Assembly: GCF_032444005.1 (NCBI RefSeq)
Contig: NC_091284.1
Span: forward strand, 37,510,001 to 37,574,000
Source: Ranitomeya imitator
Lineage: Eukaryota
Direction of reading: 5' to 3'
DNA length: 64,000 bases
The notes beneath the pieces were generated by a model that searched no databases, was not told where the DNA came from, and saw nothing but the letters and a program-made list of their open reading frames with translations. How positions within the stretch are numbered: position 1 is the stretch's first letter; every line of letters begins with the position of its first letter. Shown piece by piece: positions 49,201-62,536 of the stretch. Both the position numbers and the translations under genes were made by a program.

Positions 49201-51919
49201 CCCACACACACTGAATAAATCCCCCCCCACACACTGAATAAATCCTCCCCACACACACTGAATAAATCCCCCACACACACTGAATAAATCCTAGCCACAC
49301 ACACTGAATAAATCTCCCCACACACACTGAATATATCCCCCCCACACACTGAATAAATCCCCCCACACACACTGAATAAATCTCCCCACACACTGAATAA
49401 ATCCCCCCCCACACACACTGAATAAATCCCCCCACACACACTGAATAAATCCACCCCAAACACTGAATAAATCCCCCACACACACACTGAATAAATCCCC
49501 CCCCACACACTGAATAAATCCTCCCCAAACACTGAATAAATCCCCCCACACACACTGAATAAATCCTCCCCACACACACTGAATAAATCCTCCCCACACA
49601 CACTGAATAAATCCCCCCACACACACTGAATAAATCCTCCCCACACACACTGAATAAATCCCCCCACACACACTGAATAAATCCTCCCCACACACACTGA
49701 ATAAATTCCCCCCCAACTCACTGAATAAATTCCCCCACAGACACTGAATAAATTTCCCCACACACACTGAATAAATCCCCACACAAACTGAATAAATCCC
49801 CCCACACATACACTGAATAAATCCTCCCAACACACATTGAATAAATCCCCACACACTCACTGAATAAATTCCCCCACACACACTGAATAAATCCCCTCAC
49901 ACACTGAATAAATTTCCACCCACTCACTGAATAAATTCCCCCCCACACTCTGAATAAATTCCCCTACACACACTGAATAAATTCCCCCACACACACTGAA
50001 TAAATTCCCCCACACACACTGAATAAATCCCCCCACACACTGAATAAATCCCCCCACACACGCACTGAATAAATCCCCACACACACTGAATAAATCCCCT
50101 CACACACACTGAATAAATCCCCTCACACACACTGAATAAATCCCCCCCCACACACTGAATAAATCCCCCCACTCACTGAATAAATTCCCCCACACACACT
50201 GAATAAATTCCCCCACACACACTGAATAAATCCCCCCACACACTGAATAAATCCCCTCACACACACTGAATAAATCCCCCTACACACACTGAATAAATCC
50301 CCACACACACTGAATAAATCCCCTCACACACACTGAATAAATCCCCTCACACACACTGAATAAATCCCCCCCACTCACTGAATAAATCCCCTCACACACA
50401 CTGAATAAATCCCCTCACACACACTGAATAAATTCCCTCACACACACTGAATAAATCCCCTCACACACACTGAATAAATCCCCCCCACTCACTGAATAAA
50501 TCCCCACACACACTGAATAAATCCCCTCACACACACTGAATAAATCCCCTCACACACTGAATAAATCCCCCCACTCACTGAATAAATCCCCCCCACTCAC
50601 TGAATAAATCCCCTCACACACACTGAATAAATCCCCTCACACACAATGAAAAAAATTCCCCCTCACACACTGAATAAATCCCCCCTCACACACTGAATAA
50701 ATCCCCCCTCACACACTGACCAGATCCTCCTCCACACACATTGAATAATCATCCCCCCTACACTAAGGCTAATTCCACAACTCTTGCCCCGGGTATATCG
50801 CATGCGGAATTGGCATGCATTTTCCCGCTAAACATTAGCGTTTTGCAAGCGTAATTAGCTTACAGAATGCCAGCGTTTTCCAAGCGATCTGAAGCATCGC
50901 TTGGAAAGGTGATTGACAGGTTGGTCACACTTGTCAAACAGAGTGTTTGACAAGTGTGACCAAATTTTTACTATTGATGCTGCCTATGCAGGATTAATAG
51001 TAAAAAGATCTAATGTTAAAAATAATAAAAAAAATAAAAAAAATGGTTATTCTCACCTTCCAACGGCCCCCGATCTCCTCAGCGGTGCATGCGGCGGCTT
51101 CCGTTCCCAGAGATGCTGTGTGCGAAGGACCTGGGATGACGTCATGTGACCGCGATGTCATCGCAGGTCCTTCGCATACAGCATCCCTGGGAACGGAAGG
51201 CCACAATTCTGCAAATTAATGAACATGCGTTTTTTTCTGGAATGCGTTTCCGCTCAGCAAAAAAAAGGCAACATGTGCACAAAATTTGCGGATTGCATTC
51301 TAATAATGGAATGCTTAATGTATGCGTTTTTTTGCGGTTTTATCGCGTTTTTATAGCAAAAAAAAAAGCCATCACCCCACTCACCTCCAACAGAATACAT
51401 CCACCTCCTTCCAGACAGAATAAATCTGTCTCCCTCCACTCAGAATAAATCCATCCACCTCCACACAGAATAAATGCACCCCCCCATACACACACTGAAT
51501 AAATCCCACAAACACATTAAATAAATCCCTCTCACACACTGAATAAATCCCCAAACACACACTGAATAAATCCCCCACACCCACTGAATAAATCCCCCTA
51601 CTCACACTGAATAAATCCCCCCAGATACACTGAAAAAATCCCCCACACACATACTGAATAAATTCCCCACACACGCACTGAATAAATTCTCCACACACAC
51701 TGAATAAATCCCCCCACACACACTGGATACATTCCCCACACTGAATAAATCCCCCACACACTGAACAAATTTCCCACACACACTGAATAAATCCCCCCCC
51801 ACACACGGAATACAGTGGGTACGGAAAGTATTCAGGCCCCTTTAAATTTTTACTCTGTTTCATTGCAGCCATTTGGTAAATTCAAAAAAGTTCATTTTTT
51901 CTCATTAATGTACACTCTG

Positions 51920-52209
51920 GGTCTAAGAGTTAACGTTTCTCCTTATGGAGAGTGACATACCAGCTCTGGCTTGTCAAGGTAAGGAGGCTTATTCGCCGTG
52001 CAATGCTCCTCTGGGAAATTTAATATGCAAATTGCCTCTTCAGAGAAAAAGAGGACTTAAACTCTATAGCGCCACCTGTTGGAAGTAGTGATCTTACAAG
52101 TCACAATCAACCCTTTGCAATATGACTTAGGATAAAAGCCAAATCAGTATCTCAATTCGCAGACACGTTGTTTCGGCTGTTGGCCCTCATCAGTGCAAAG
52201 CATGAGAAC
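51920..52209 (-). mobile_element. Retrozyme-like module, copy 2
   Basis: Near-identical to 45672-45961. Confidence 0.72.
52156..52199 (-). ncRNA. Type I minimal hammerhead ribozyme, copy 2
   Basis: As above, with stem III loop ACG. Confidence 0.82.
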
Positions 52210-55200
52210 CGTGTCTGTGAATTAAGATACTGAGATAGACTGTAATGCGTTGTTTTGACGCACTCCTTCCGCAAGTGTCCGCATGTGTATGGCGGCGGAA
52301 ATTTGACACCTCAAAACTTGCAACATGGTGCGTTAGCTGCGCCCAGCCGCACACCGCGAAAATACGCATGTGTAAGCAAACGTGGGCGAATGCATGCAAA
52401 CCTGTATCTACAATGTTAAAGATATGAAATCAAGACGCATGCGGATGTATGCATCAGAAACGTTGCGGACACAACCGCAAATGTGAAACCAGCCTAAGTC
52501 ACATATTGTCCATTTCCTTGTGATCCTCCTTGAGATGGTTCTGCTCCTTCATTGAAGTCCAGCTGTGTTTAATTAAACTGATAGAACTTGATTTGGAAAG
52601 GCATCTGTCTATATAATACCGCACAGATCACAGTGCATGTCAGCCCAAATGAGAATCATGAGGTCAAAAGAACTGGCCGAGGAGCTCAGAGACAGAATTG
52701 TGGCAAGGCACAAATCTGACCAAGGTTACAACAGAATTTCAGCAGTACTCAAGGTTCCTAAGAGCACAGTGGCCTCCATATTCCTTAAACGATAAAAGTT
52801 TGGGACCACCAGAAGTCTTCCTAGACCTGGCTGTCCAGCCATACTGAGCAATGGTGGGAGAAGAGCCTTGGTGAGAGAGGTAAAGAAGAACCCCAAGATC
52901 ACTGTGGCTGAGCTCCAGAGATGCAGTAGGGAGATGGCACAAAGTTCCACAAAGACAATTATCACTGCAGCCTCCACCAGTCGGGCCTTTATGGCCGACG
53001 GAAGCCTCTCCTCAGTGCAAGACGTATGAAAGCCTTCATAGAGTTTGCTAAAAAAAACACATGAAGGACTCCCAGACTATGAGAAATAAGATTCTTTGGT
53101 CTGATGACATGAAGATAGACCTTTTTGGTGATAATTCTAAGCGGTATGTGTGGAGAAAACAGGCACTGCTCATCACCTGCCCAATACAATCCCAGCAGTG
53201 AAACATGGTGGTGGCAGCATCATGCTATGGGGGTGTTTTTCAGCTGCAGGGACTGGAGGACTGGTTGTCATTGAAGGAAACATGAACGTGGCCAAGTACA
53301 AAGATATCCTGGATGAAAACCTCTTCCAGAGTGCTCTGGACCTCAGACTTGGCCTTCCAACAAGACAATGGCCCTAAGCACACAGCTAAAATAACAAAGG
53401 AGTGGCTTCAGAACAACTCTGTGACCATTCTTGACTTGCCCAGCCAGAGCCCTGACCTAAACCCAATTGAGCATCTCTGGAGAGACCTGAAAATGGCGTC
53501 CACCAAGTTCACCATCCAACCTGATGGAACTGGAGAGGATCCGCAAGGAAGAATAGCAGAGGATCCCCAAATCCAGGGGTGAAAAACTTGTTGCATCATT
53601 CCCAAGAAGACTCATGGCTGTACTAGCTCAAAAGGGGCTTCTACCCAATACTGAGCAAAGGTCTGAATACTTATGACCATGGGATATTTCAATTTTTCTT
53701 TTTTAATAAAATTGGAAAAATGACTACATTTCTGTTTTTTTTCTGTCAAGATGGGGTGCAGAGTGTACATTAATGAGAAAAAAATGAACTTTTTTGAATT
53801 TACCAAATGGCTGCAATGAAACAAAGAGTGAAAATTTTACAGGGGTCTGAATACTTTCCGTACCCACTGTAAATCCCACCCCCAGTCTATCCCACATTGA
53901 ATAAATTCCCACCACACACTTAATAAATCCCCCCCGCACGCTGAAAAAAATACCCCCCACACACTGAATAAATCCCCCCACACACTGAATAAATCCCCTC
54001 ACATACACTGAATAAATCCCCTCACACACACTGAATAAATCCCCTCACATACACTGAATAAATCCCCCCACACACTGAATAAATCCCCTCACATACACTG
54101 AATAAATCCCCTCACACACACTGAATAAATCCCCTCACACACACTGAATAAATCCCCTCACACACTGAATAAATCCCCCCCACTCACTGAATAAATCCCC
54201 CCCACACTCACTGAATAAATCCCCCCCACTCACTGAATAAATCCCCTCACACACACTGAATAAATCCCCCCACACACTGAATAAATCCCCCCCCGACTCA
54301 CTGAATAAATCCCCTCACACACACTGAATAAATCCCCCCCACTCACTGAATAAATCCCCCCACTCACTGAATAAATCCCCTCACACACACTGAATAAATC
54401 CCCCCACTCACTGAATAAATCCCCCCACTCACTGAATAAATCCCCTCACACACACTGAATAAATCCCCCCCACTCACTGAATAAATCCCCCCCCAACTCA
54501 CTGAATAAATTCCCTCACACACACTGAATAAATCCCCCCCACTCACTGAATAAATCCCCCCACTCACTGAATAAATCCCCCCACACACACTGAATAAATC
54601 CCCCCCACACACTGAATAAATCCTCCCCAAACACTGAATAAATCCCCCCCACACACACTGAATAAATCCCCCCCACACACACTGAATAAACCCTCCCCAC
54701 ACACACTGAATAAATCCCCCACACATACACTGAATAAATCCCCACACACACACTGAATAAATCCTCCCCACACACACTGAATAAATTCCCCCACACACTG
54801 AATAAATTCCCCCACACACACTGAATAAATCTCCCCACACACTGAATAAATCCCCCACACCCTGAATAAATCCCCCCACACACACTGAATAAATCCTCCC
54901 CAAACACTGAATAAATCTCCCACACACACACTGAATAAATCCCCCCACACACTGAATAAATCCTCCCCACACACACACTGAATAAATCCCCCCACAGACA
55001 CTGAATAAATCCCCCCCACACACACTGAATAAATCCCCCCACACACACTGAATAAATCCCCCCACACACACTGAATAAATCGCCTCACACACACTGAATA
55101 AATCTCCCCACACACACTGAATAAATCCTAGCCACACACACTGAATAAATCTCCCCACACACACTGAATATATCCCCCCCACACACTGAATAAATCTCCC

Positions 55201-55795
55201 CACACACTGAATAAATCCCCTCCACACACTGAATAAATCCCCCCACACACACTGAATAAATCCTCCCCAAACACTGAATAAATCCCCCACACACATACTG
55301 AATAAATCCCCCCACACACACTGAATAAATCCTCCCCACACACACTGAATAAATTCCCCCCCAACTCACTGAATAAATTCCCCCACAGACACTGAATAAA
55401 TTCCCCCACACACACTGAATAAATCCCCCCACACACACTGAATAAATTCCCACCCACTCACTGAATAAATTCCCCCACACACTGAATAAATTCCCTCACA
55501 CACACTGAATAAATTCCCCCACACACACTGAATAAATTCCCCCACACACACTGAATAAATCCCCTCACACACACTGAATAAATCCCCCCCACTCACTGAA
55601 TAAATCCCCCCACTCACTGAATAAATCCCCCCACTCACTGAATAAATCCCCCCACACTGAATAAATCCCCTCACACTGAATAAATCCCCTCACACACACT
55701 GAATAAATCCCCCCTCACACACTGAATAAATCCCCCCTCACACACTGACCAGATCCTCCTCCACACACTTTGAATAATCATCCCCCCTACACTAA

Positions 55796-56418
55796 GGCTA
55801 ATTCCACAACTCTTGCCCCGGGTATATCACATGCGGAATTGGCATGCGTTTTCCCGCTAAACACTAGCGTTTTGCAAGCGTAATTAGCTTACAGAATGCC
55901 AGCGTTTTCCAAGCGATCTGAGGCATCGCTTGGAAAGGTGATTGACAGGTTGGTCACACTTGTCAAACAGAGTGTTTGACAAGTGTGACCAAATTTTTAC
56001 TATGTAGCATCAATAGTAAAAAGATCTAATGTTAAAAATAATAAAAAAATTAAAAAATGGTTATTCTCACCTTCCAACGGCCCCCGATCTCCTCACGTGA
56101 CCGTGATGTCATCGCCGGTCCTTCGCTCACAGCATCCCTGGGAACGGAAGACGCCGCGTGCACCGCTGAGAGGTGGGAGGATCAATGCATTCCTATATGT
56201 GCGGAATCCCCACGATTCCGCAAATTAATGAACATGCTGCGTTTTTTTCCGGAATGCGTTTCCGCTCAGGAAAAAAATGCAACATGTGCACAAAACTTGC
56301 AGATTGGATTCTAATAATGGAATCCTTAATGTATGCCTTTTTTCCGATGGTTTTATCTCTTTTTTATAGCGAAAAAACGCAAAAAAATGCGAAAAATCCG
56401 GAACATGAGCACACACCC
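55796..56418. mobile_element. Harbinger-type MITE, probably chimeric (truncated duplicate at 50767-51370)
   Basis: TAA on both sides. The left end GGCTAATTCCACA and right end GAGCACACACCC come from different families. Contains a 20-bp perfect hairpin TTGGTCACACTTGTCAAACA-gag-TGTTTGACAAGTGTGACCAA. Confidence 0.65.
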
Positions 56419-57562
56419 TAAATCTTCAGCTCCTCACCAACATGAGCACTTATCACCGACTCTCTTCTGCGCCTCGGGGAGTGACGTCAGCAGCTGCTGG
56501 TGTCACTCTGACCTGGCGGTCAGAGCTTCAATTGTACTCGCGTTTGTAAGATGTGAGGACAATTGATCTCTGGGAGCCGGCACTGTGCAGCTTCTCTGTT
56601 TCTGCTGTCAGCTTCACAGCCGGCTCAGAGAACTGTAGACTCCCAGTCTGGGGGGCGGCAGAATGGAGCCGCTGGGGCAGACACTTCTGACTGCCGCATT
56701 AAACGGCCCTACTGCGCCCCCTATCAGCTGCCCTCTCCTACCCTAGACACACCTCTGCCTAGCATAGCTAACCATACCCACTGGAAAATGCTGGCTTTGG
56801 CACAAAATAAATGTTGTTGCAAAAATGACGAAAGAAAATTTGCAACTTTTTAATGCCGAAGACTGGTGTAAAATACTTTATATTTTTATAGTTCACATTC
56901 TTAAAACCCTTGGTCTGGATGAGCAGTGGTTTAATTGGAGGCTGTTATTGCTGAATGGCAACTAGCGTAGCAGAGTTATGCAGAACAAATTCAGTGGCAA
57001 GGAACTGGTGTCGAAAAATTGAGTTACATAGGAGGTTCTAAGGTATAGCTAGTCTGGTGAAGTGGCAGAGAAGTTTGCAGCAGAACTGAGTTTGCAGCTA
57101 AGTACAATGCAGAGCTTGCAAATTGGTACCATGAAGTTGACACAATATAGTTGTCATACCAGTGACTCGCACGGTTTATAGCCATTGTCCTACTCACTGT
57201 GTGCAACGCTCTGCTCCTCACAGTGTCAAGCCATCTTGCTGAGCACTGCTGTATTTTGGTGTTGCTCTAGAATCTCCACCCAGCTATAGGGAGGTGCAGC
57301 CAGACTCTGCAGGAATTTAAAACCACTATGTTTTTCAGAGTTTTGCTTCCCTGGCCTATACTCTGCTAGCAGGCAGGTCCTACCTTCACACGTTGCCAAA
57401 GCTTAGGTCCTAGTTACAGTTTGAATCTACATCCCTGATAAGGTGCTTTATTGTTTCATCTCTCCTGTTACCGACCCGGCTTCCTTACTCATTTTGTCTG
57501 ACCTCTTCACTCCTTTCTATTCTGAACCTGTGCCAACCACCCCAACCTCAGACTTCCTGACA

Positions 57563-58745
57563 ACATCTCTCTGGTGGTGATGAACTATGATACCGCCCTT
57601 TCCCCTCCAAAATTTTTTAATCCGGGCATTAAATTTCCTCCTTGTGCGCTTGATGGCTTTTTTATCTCTTGCGCGACGCCAGACGGCCCGTGGTATCATC
57701 TTCGACCACACCAGTTTCATATTCGTAAATAAACAGCTGAGCCATTCCATATCCATTATCATCCATTTGTACAGATTGGCCACCCTTTGCTTGCCTAGAT
57801 CATTGCCACCCACATGCAACACCATTATCACCGGGCATTTAGCCCTCCTTGCTATGCCAACCATCTCTTTGAACACCTGTTTCCATAGATGGCCTCTGAT
57901 ACCCCTCCAGTTAACTTTTAGGCCCGGGAGATCATGACTTGTTCCTCCCGGCCACAGTCTGACCCTTTTTTCAGCCCAGTAGACATATTAATGTCCTACA
58001 ACCCAAACTTCTACTCCTGTAAGAGATAACATATGTTAATTCAGCAAATCAGGTCTTATGTATCTGGTGAAGCAAGCGGACTTCCAACGACCCATTCTCT
58101 GCACCTCGGCCTCTGACCCTCCTCTGACGAATGTGTTCCGTACTCCTTTGGATTTGTCCCGTTTTTTTCCAAGTGTAAATTGAACATTGCCTGGAATTGG
58201 TACTTGGTCAGAAGGGCCCCCTCTGTATGAGTGAAGAAAAATCTACTTGCGTGTCTTATTCCGGTGTATCTATGAATGATTTTTAGCGGGCATACTGGGC
58301 CATCTGAAGAGTTAACCAGGACTCATGTGCCCCTACCGGTGGGATCGCACTTGGATTTTCTCACCCGAATGTGCAGAGCATCGCTGCATATAACTATGTC
58401 CTCATTAATTAGGCCTCCTTCCGATGCATTTTTTGACCGTGGTAGTAATTCGCTAATGCGCAGTGCTCCGAAAAAGGCAATCGCAAAAGCTGCTGCTATG
58501 AGGACCGCCTCGTATTGTGATGTGCAGACTGATGGGGATATCACAATCATGTCATGTAGTAGCCTCACTGAAATGGGGTGGCGACATTCTAGGCTTGGCT
58601 GAAGCCTTTTCCATCCTTTGATGGCTTGCTTAATGAAGAAGAACTTAGTTACGTCTGCCCATTTGTTGGACTCAAAGTAAGAATTAAATATGGATTTTCT
58701 TTTATCCTGCCACCACATAAATATAATGTCATCAATTAAACACTA
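57563..58745 (-). mobile_element. Ngaro-type tyrosine-recombinase retrotransposon remnant (YR + SGNH hydrolase)
   Basis: YR: FFGALRISEL, RKSKCD, GTHS, GRWKSACFTRYIRPDLL. Downstream ORF with WRGIRG and LHVGGNDL (SGNH block III). Confidence 0.85.
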
Positions 58746-59599
58746 GAAGACCAGGTTCACACGCATGAAGTTTCTGGAAAAAAGGGTGCTATCCTGTCAC
58801 ACTCACTATGGAGATGAATGTATTTGGGATGAAAACTGACCCCATGGCAGGACCACATATCAGAACTTACACCACCTAATGGTACATAAACAATCATTGT
58901 AAGATCATTTATATAATTTATCTTTTGACAGATTCCTGAAAGTTTCTTGTGGCATATACATGTTCTTAGCAGAAATTAATTTGAAAATATAGAAAGGCTC
59001 TGAAATGCATGACTTTTGGATATATTTTAGAACCCAGAACCTTAAAGTCACCTTAGAAGCATCTGCAGGAATGACTGCAAGGCTTGCCTCCTGTAAAACC
59101 TCACATTCCTTTGCTGTGAAATGTACCTTCTTAAAGTGCACACCTATGGCACCCTACATAATTTTTCTCCTCCAAGCTGTGTACATGACATATACTTCAA
59201 ACTATTCTGATATTTCACACATCTGCTGCTGGAGGAAATGTCTGTCACTGCCAAGGATATTTAGCTGGTCATTAGCAAATATGCTTTTCAAAGCTTCTTG
59301 TATTGTAGATGTAAACTGTAAGGAATGCACAAAGGATGCAAGTTCAGGTGAGAACAGGTCAATGTGAAGGTTAATATTAAATTGTTAATATAATTGTTAA
59401 TATAGAAGTGTTAAGCACAACATTTCTATGAATGATATTAACTTTAATTATTTTCAACACTATTTATATTATTGGGATATCTTGAAAGTTAGATGAAGAT
59501 TGGTGGAACTCACCGATTTAGGTTCCATGTACCAACTATAATTTCCTATAGATTGTAAGATATAGCAGGGACCTCACTGCTATAACTGTTGAAATGTCT

Positions 59600-59705
59600 T
59601 ACATTGTATTGTTTTTATTGTCTGTACATGTCCCTACTTAATTGTAAAGTGCCGTGGATTGTGTTGGCGTTATATAAATAAAAATTATTATTATTATTTT
59701 TAATA
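59600..59705 (+). mobile_element. L2/SINE 3' tail fragment
   Basis: TTGTAAAGTGCCGTGG..GGCGTTATATAAATAAAAATTATTATT, similar to 30075-30170. Confidence 0.65.
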
Positions 59706-60589
59706 TTATTATCTGAGGCTGTCCAGACTCTTCCCTGGTAGTACATGTTGGGGAAAAGAATTGCCAAGGAGACTGGATTTTAATATGCTTTGTCCTTTTG
59801 TTCACACTGGTGAGAAGCTACCACCAGAGGCTTCTGACTGCAGCTTACTCCTCTCTACCCATTGACAACACATGCATGCTCATCCAAAGTGAGTGTGCAT
59901 GTGTGGATTGAGCCTAATGGACATTGAGTCAGCAAATATCTAAGGTGCTTAAGATTTGTAATATGTAAGATGTAATATGAGGCAGGGCCATAACTAGATG
60001 TACAGTGCTGTGCCAGCTAACAATAAAATGTGGCATAGTATCCCAGTGCCCTTCATTTATCTCATCAGCAGAATTGACAAGAGTTAAACTGACAACAATC
60101 AGCTAGTAATCACCTCTTCTATCCATTAATGTATTTTTTTCCACTTTAAGAAAAATAGTTGCCTAATGCTTTTCTTCTAGTAAAATAACAAATTAAGCAG
60201 GAGCTCATCCAGTTCCGCTCTCGGCGTGTTTTCTACCCATCACCGCTGCAGTCAATCACTGAGCTCAGCAGTTTGTGCTGTCAACATTGGAAGAGCTGCT
60301 GAGCTCTGTGATTGACTGCACCAGTGACGAGCTGTGTCGAAGTGACATCATAGCTGCCAAGGTTGCTCCAGGTTTCTGTGGGCCCCGGGTGAAAGAGTCT
60401 CAGTGGGCCCCTTTACCACAAATCACGATTCATGATGCACAGATAAGGCAGAGAAATGTAGGTATAGTACAATGCCAAAGATTTTATTTCTTACATTACA
60501 TGAGTGATATCTATTGTAAATTCTACAATAGCTCAGAAACCGGTGAATCCTCACAGAACACAATGTGACTGCAGACATCATTTTAGACC

Positions 60590-61385
60590 TCATGGTCCCA
60601 TAGTCTTCCATACAGTATTATGGGCACCACATAGCCCTCCATACAGTATTATGGGCACCATATAGTTCTCCATACAGTATAATGGACACCACATAGTCCT
60701 CCATACAGTGTAATGTACCCTATATATTGCTCCATACAGTATAATAGAGCCCATAAATTGCTCCATACAGTATAATGAGCCCCATATATTGCTCCATACA
60801 GAATAATGGGCCCTATGTAATGCTCCATGCAGAATAATGGACCCCACATAGTGCTCCATACTGAATAATGGGCACGATATAATGCTCCATAAAGAATAAT
60901 GGAGCCCATATATTGCTCCATACAGAATAATTGCCCCATATAATGCTCCATACAAAATAACTGGCCCATATGCTGCTCCATACAGTATAATGAGCCCCAT
61001 ATAGTGTTCCATACAGTATAATGAGCCCCATATATTGCTCCATACACAATGGACCCTAAATAATGCTCCATACAGAATATTGGGCCCCATATAATGCTCC
61101 ATACAGAATGGGCCCCATATAATGCTCCATACAGAATATTGGGCTCCATTTAGTGCTCCATACAGAATGGGCCCCATATAATGCTCCATACAAAATAATT
61201 GGCCCCATATATTGCTATATACAGAATAATGAGCCCCATATATTGCTCCATACAGAATGGGCCTCATATAATGCTTCATACAGAATGGGCCCCAAATAAT
61301 GCTCCATACAGTATAATGAATAATAATAAAGAATAACGGACCCCAAATATAGCTTTATGCAGTATAATGAGCCCCATATATTGCT
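60590..61385. repeat. ~30-33-bp minisatellite (CCCCATATATTGCTCCATACAGTATAATGAG)n with hAT-MITE-like flanks
   Basis: Direct reading. The flanks at 60360-60412 and 61650-61722 are GGGCCCC-rich subterminal-like sequence. Confidence 0.9.
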
Positions 61386-62056
61386 CCATGCATGAAAAAT
61401 AAATAACAAAATACCTCTCCTGTTGGTGGCTGTTGCTCCGGTCTCCTCAGCGTCTTCTGACTCTGTGCACTGCTCAGCACAGAGGACGCGCTGTAGTGAT
61501 GTCATCACGCCCTCTTTTGTGAGACGTCACAGAGTCAGAAGATGTGGAAGAGACTGGAGCTGCAGAGGAACAGGGAGAGGTAAGTATTTCAAAGAGTTTA
61601 AAGCACAATTGCTGGCACTGGGCCCCATAGCATGCCGGAGTCAATGACGGTGAGTGGGCCCCCTCCACTGGCTCAGGGCCCCAGCACTTGCCCGGCTGCT
61701 CCAGGTGGTGATGCCAGGCCTAACCGCTGCAACCAAAACAGATCCTGAAGCAGCGGTGTACAGCCTGCACTAGCCCTGTTTACGGCAGTACCCAATGTCC
61801 ATACTGATGACATATATATCATTATTTCAATTCTTTTTTGCGTTCCTCATTGCCAATTTTACTTTTTCATTTTCCTCGTATTATGATCAGGTCTTAGCTG
61901 TGTGTTGACAACAAAAGGTGTCACTGGCATTACTCAACACTGTGATGTTGACACATGGAAAAGGGGAGACCTCCTACCTAGATTCCGATAAGGGCCAATC
62001 TCCTGGGCACCCACAGAAGCCTCTCATTTTCAAATACCACGGTGCTCCGTCATTAA

Positions 62057-62536
62057 AGTGAACCTGTCACGTGAAAGAACCCGCTATAAACCTGTAGATA
62101 TAGAGTTAATCTGCAGGTTAATAGCATTTTGAACCTGCCTGGCGCCCGCACCTAGGGCCCCGCTGCCGGAAGGAGATACATTTTTTCCTCCCGGTAGCGT
62201 TCGTGTCTCAGACATAGGGGTGGTACCGGTGCGGGTTCAGTCATAGCTCTGTGTATAGAGAGTGGTGACAGTAACCACAGCCTTGGGACTGACTGACATC
62301 CAGCCCTAATGCTGAGCTGCTGACAGTCAGTGCCGGGGTCGCTGTTATAGCTGCCGCTCTTTACACACAGAGCGATGACTGAACCAACGCCATCCCCAAC
62401 CCGGGACTGAATCCTGAGCGCTACCGAGAGGAATAAAGTTCTAAATGCCTGGGCTGCGTAGCTTCAGAACGCTATTAACTTGCAGATTTACCCATAACTG
62501 CAGGTTAATAGCGTTTTTTCTTGTTACAGGTTCCCT
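62057..62536. mobile_element. T2/Kolobok-type MITE
   Basis: TTAA|AGTGAACCTGTCAC ... TTACAGGTTCCCT|TTAA, with internal inverted symmetry. Confidence 0.82.

Larger units (their letters stand above)
45126..50720. repeat. ~20-23-bp satellite (CACACACTGAATAAATCCCC)n, copy 1, split by a Tc1 at 45565-47626
   Basis: Direct reading. The main block is 47630-50720. Confidence 0.97.
51813..53869 (+). mobile_element. Tc1 transposon, duplicated copy 2
   Basis: Same ends and same internal capture as copy 1, offset by about 6248 bp. Confidence 0.92.
51375..55745. repeat. Same satellite, copy 2, split by a Tc1 at 51813-53869
   Basis: Direct reading. The main block is 53872-55745. Confidence 0.97.
45126..56370. 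repeat. Tandem segmental duplication (units about 45126-51370 and 51375-56370)
   Basis: Constant offset of about 6248 bp over the Tc1 and hammerhead region. Scattered substitutions and different satellite lengths. Confidence 0.93.
31280..56757. mobile_element. hAT-type non-autonomous element expanded to 25.5 kb by nested insertions and duplication
   Basis: TIR CAGAGGTGTATCTAGG / CCTAGACACACCTCTG (15/16 match), with an 8-bp TSD CCTAGCAT at 31272-31279 and 56758-56765. Confidence 0.88.

Noticed and set aside
48432-55674. Long minus-strand Gly/Cys/Val-rich ORFs
   Set aside because: Translations of the 20-bp satellite in all frames.
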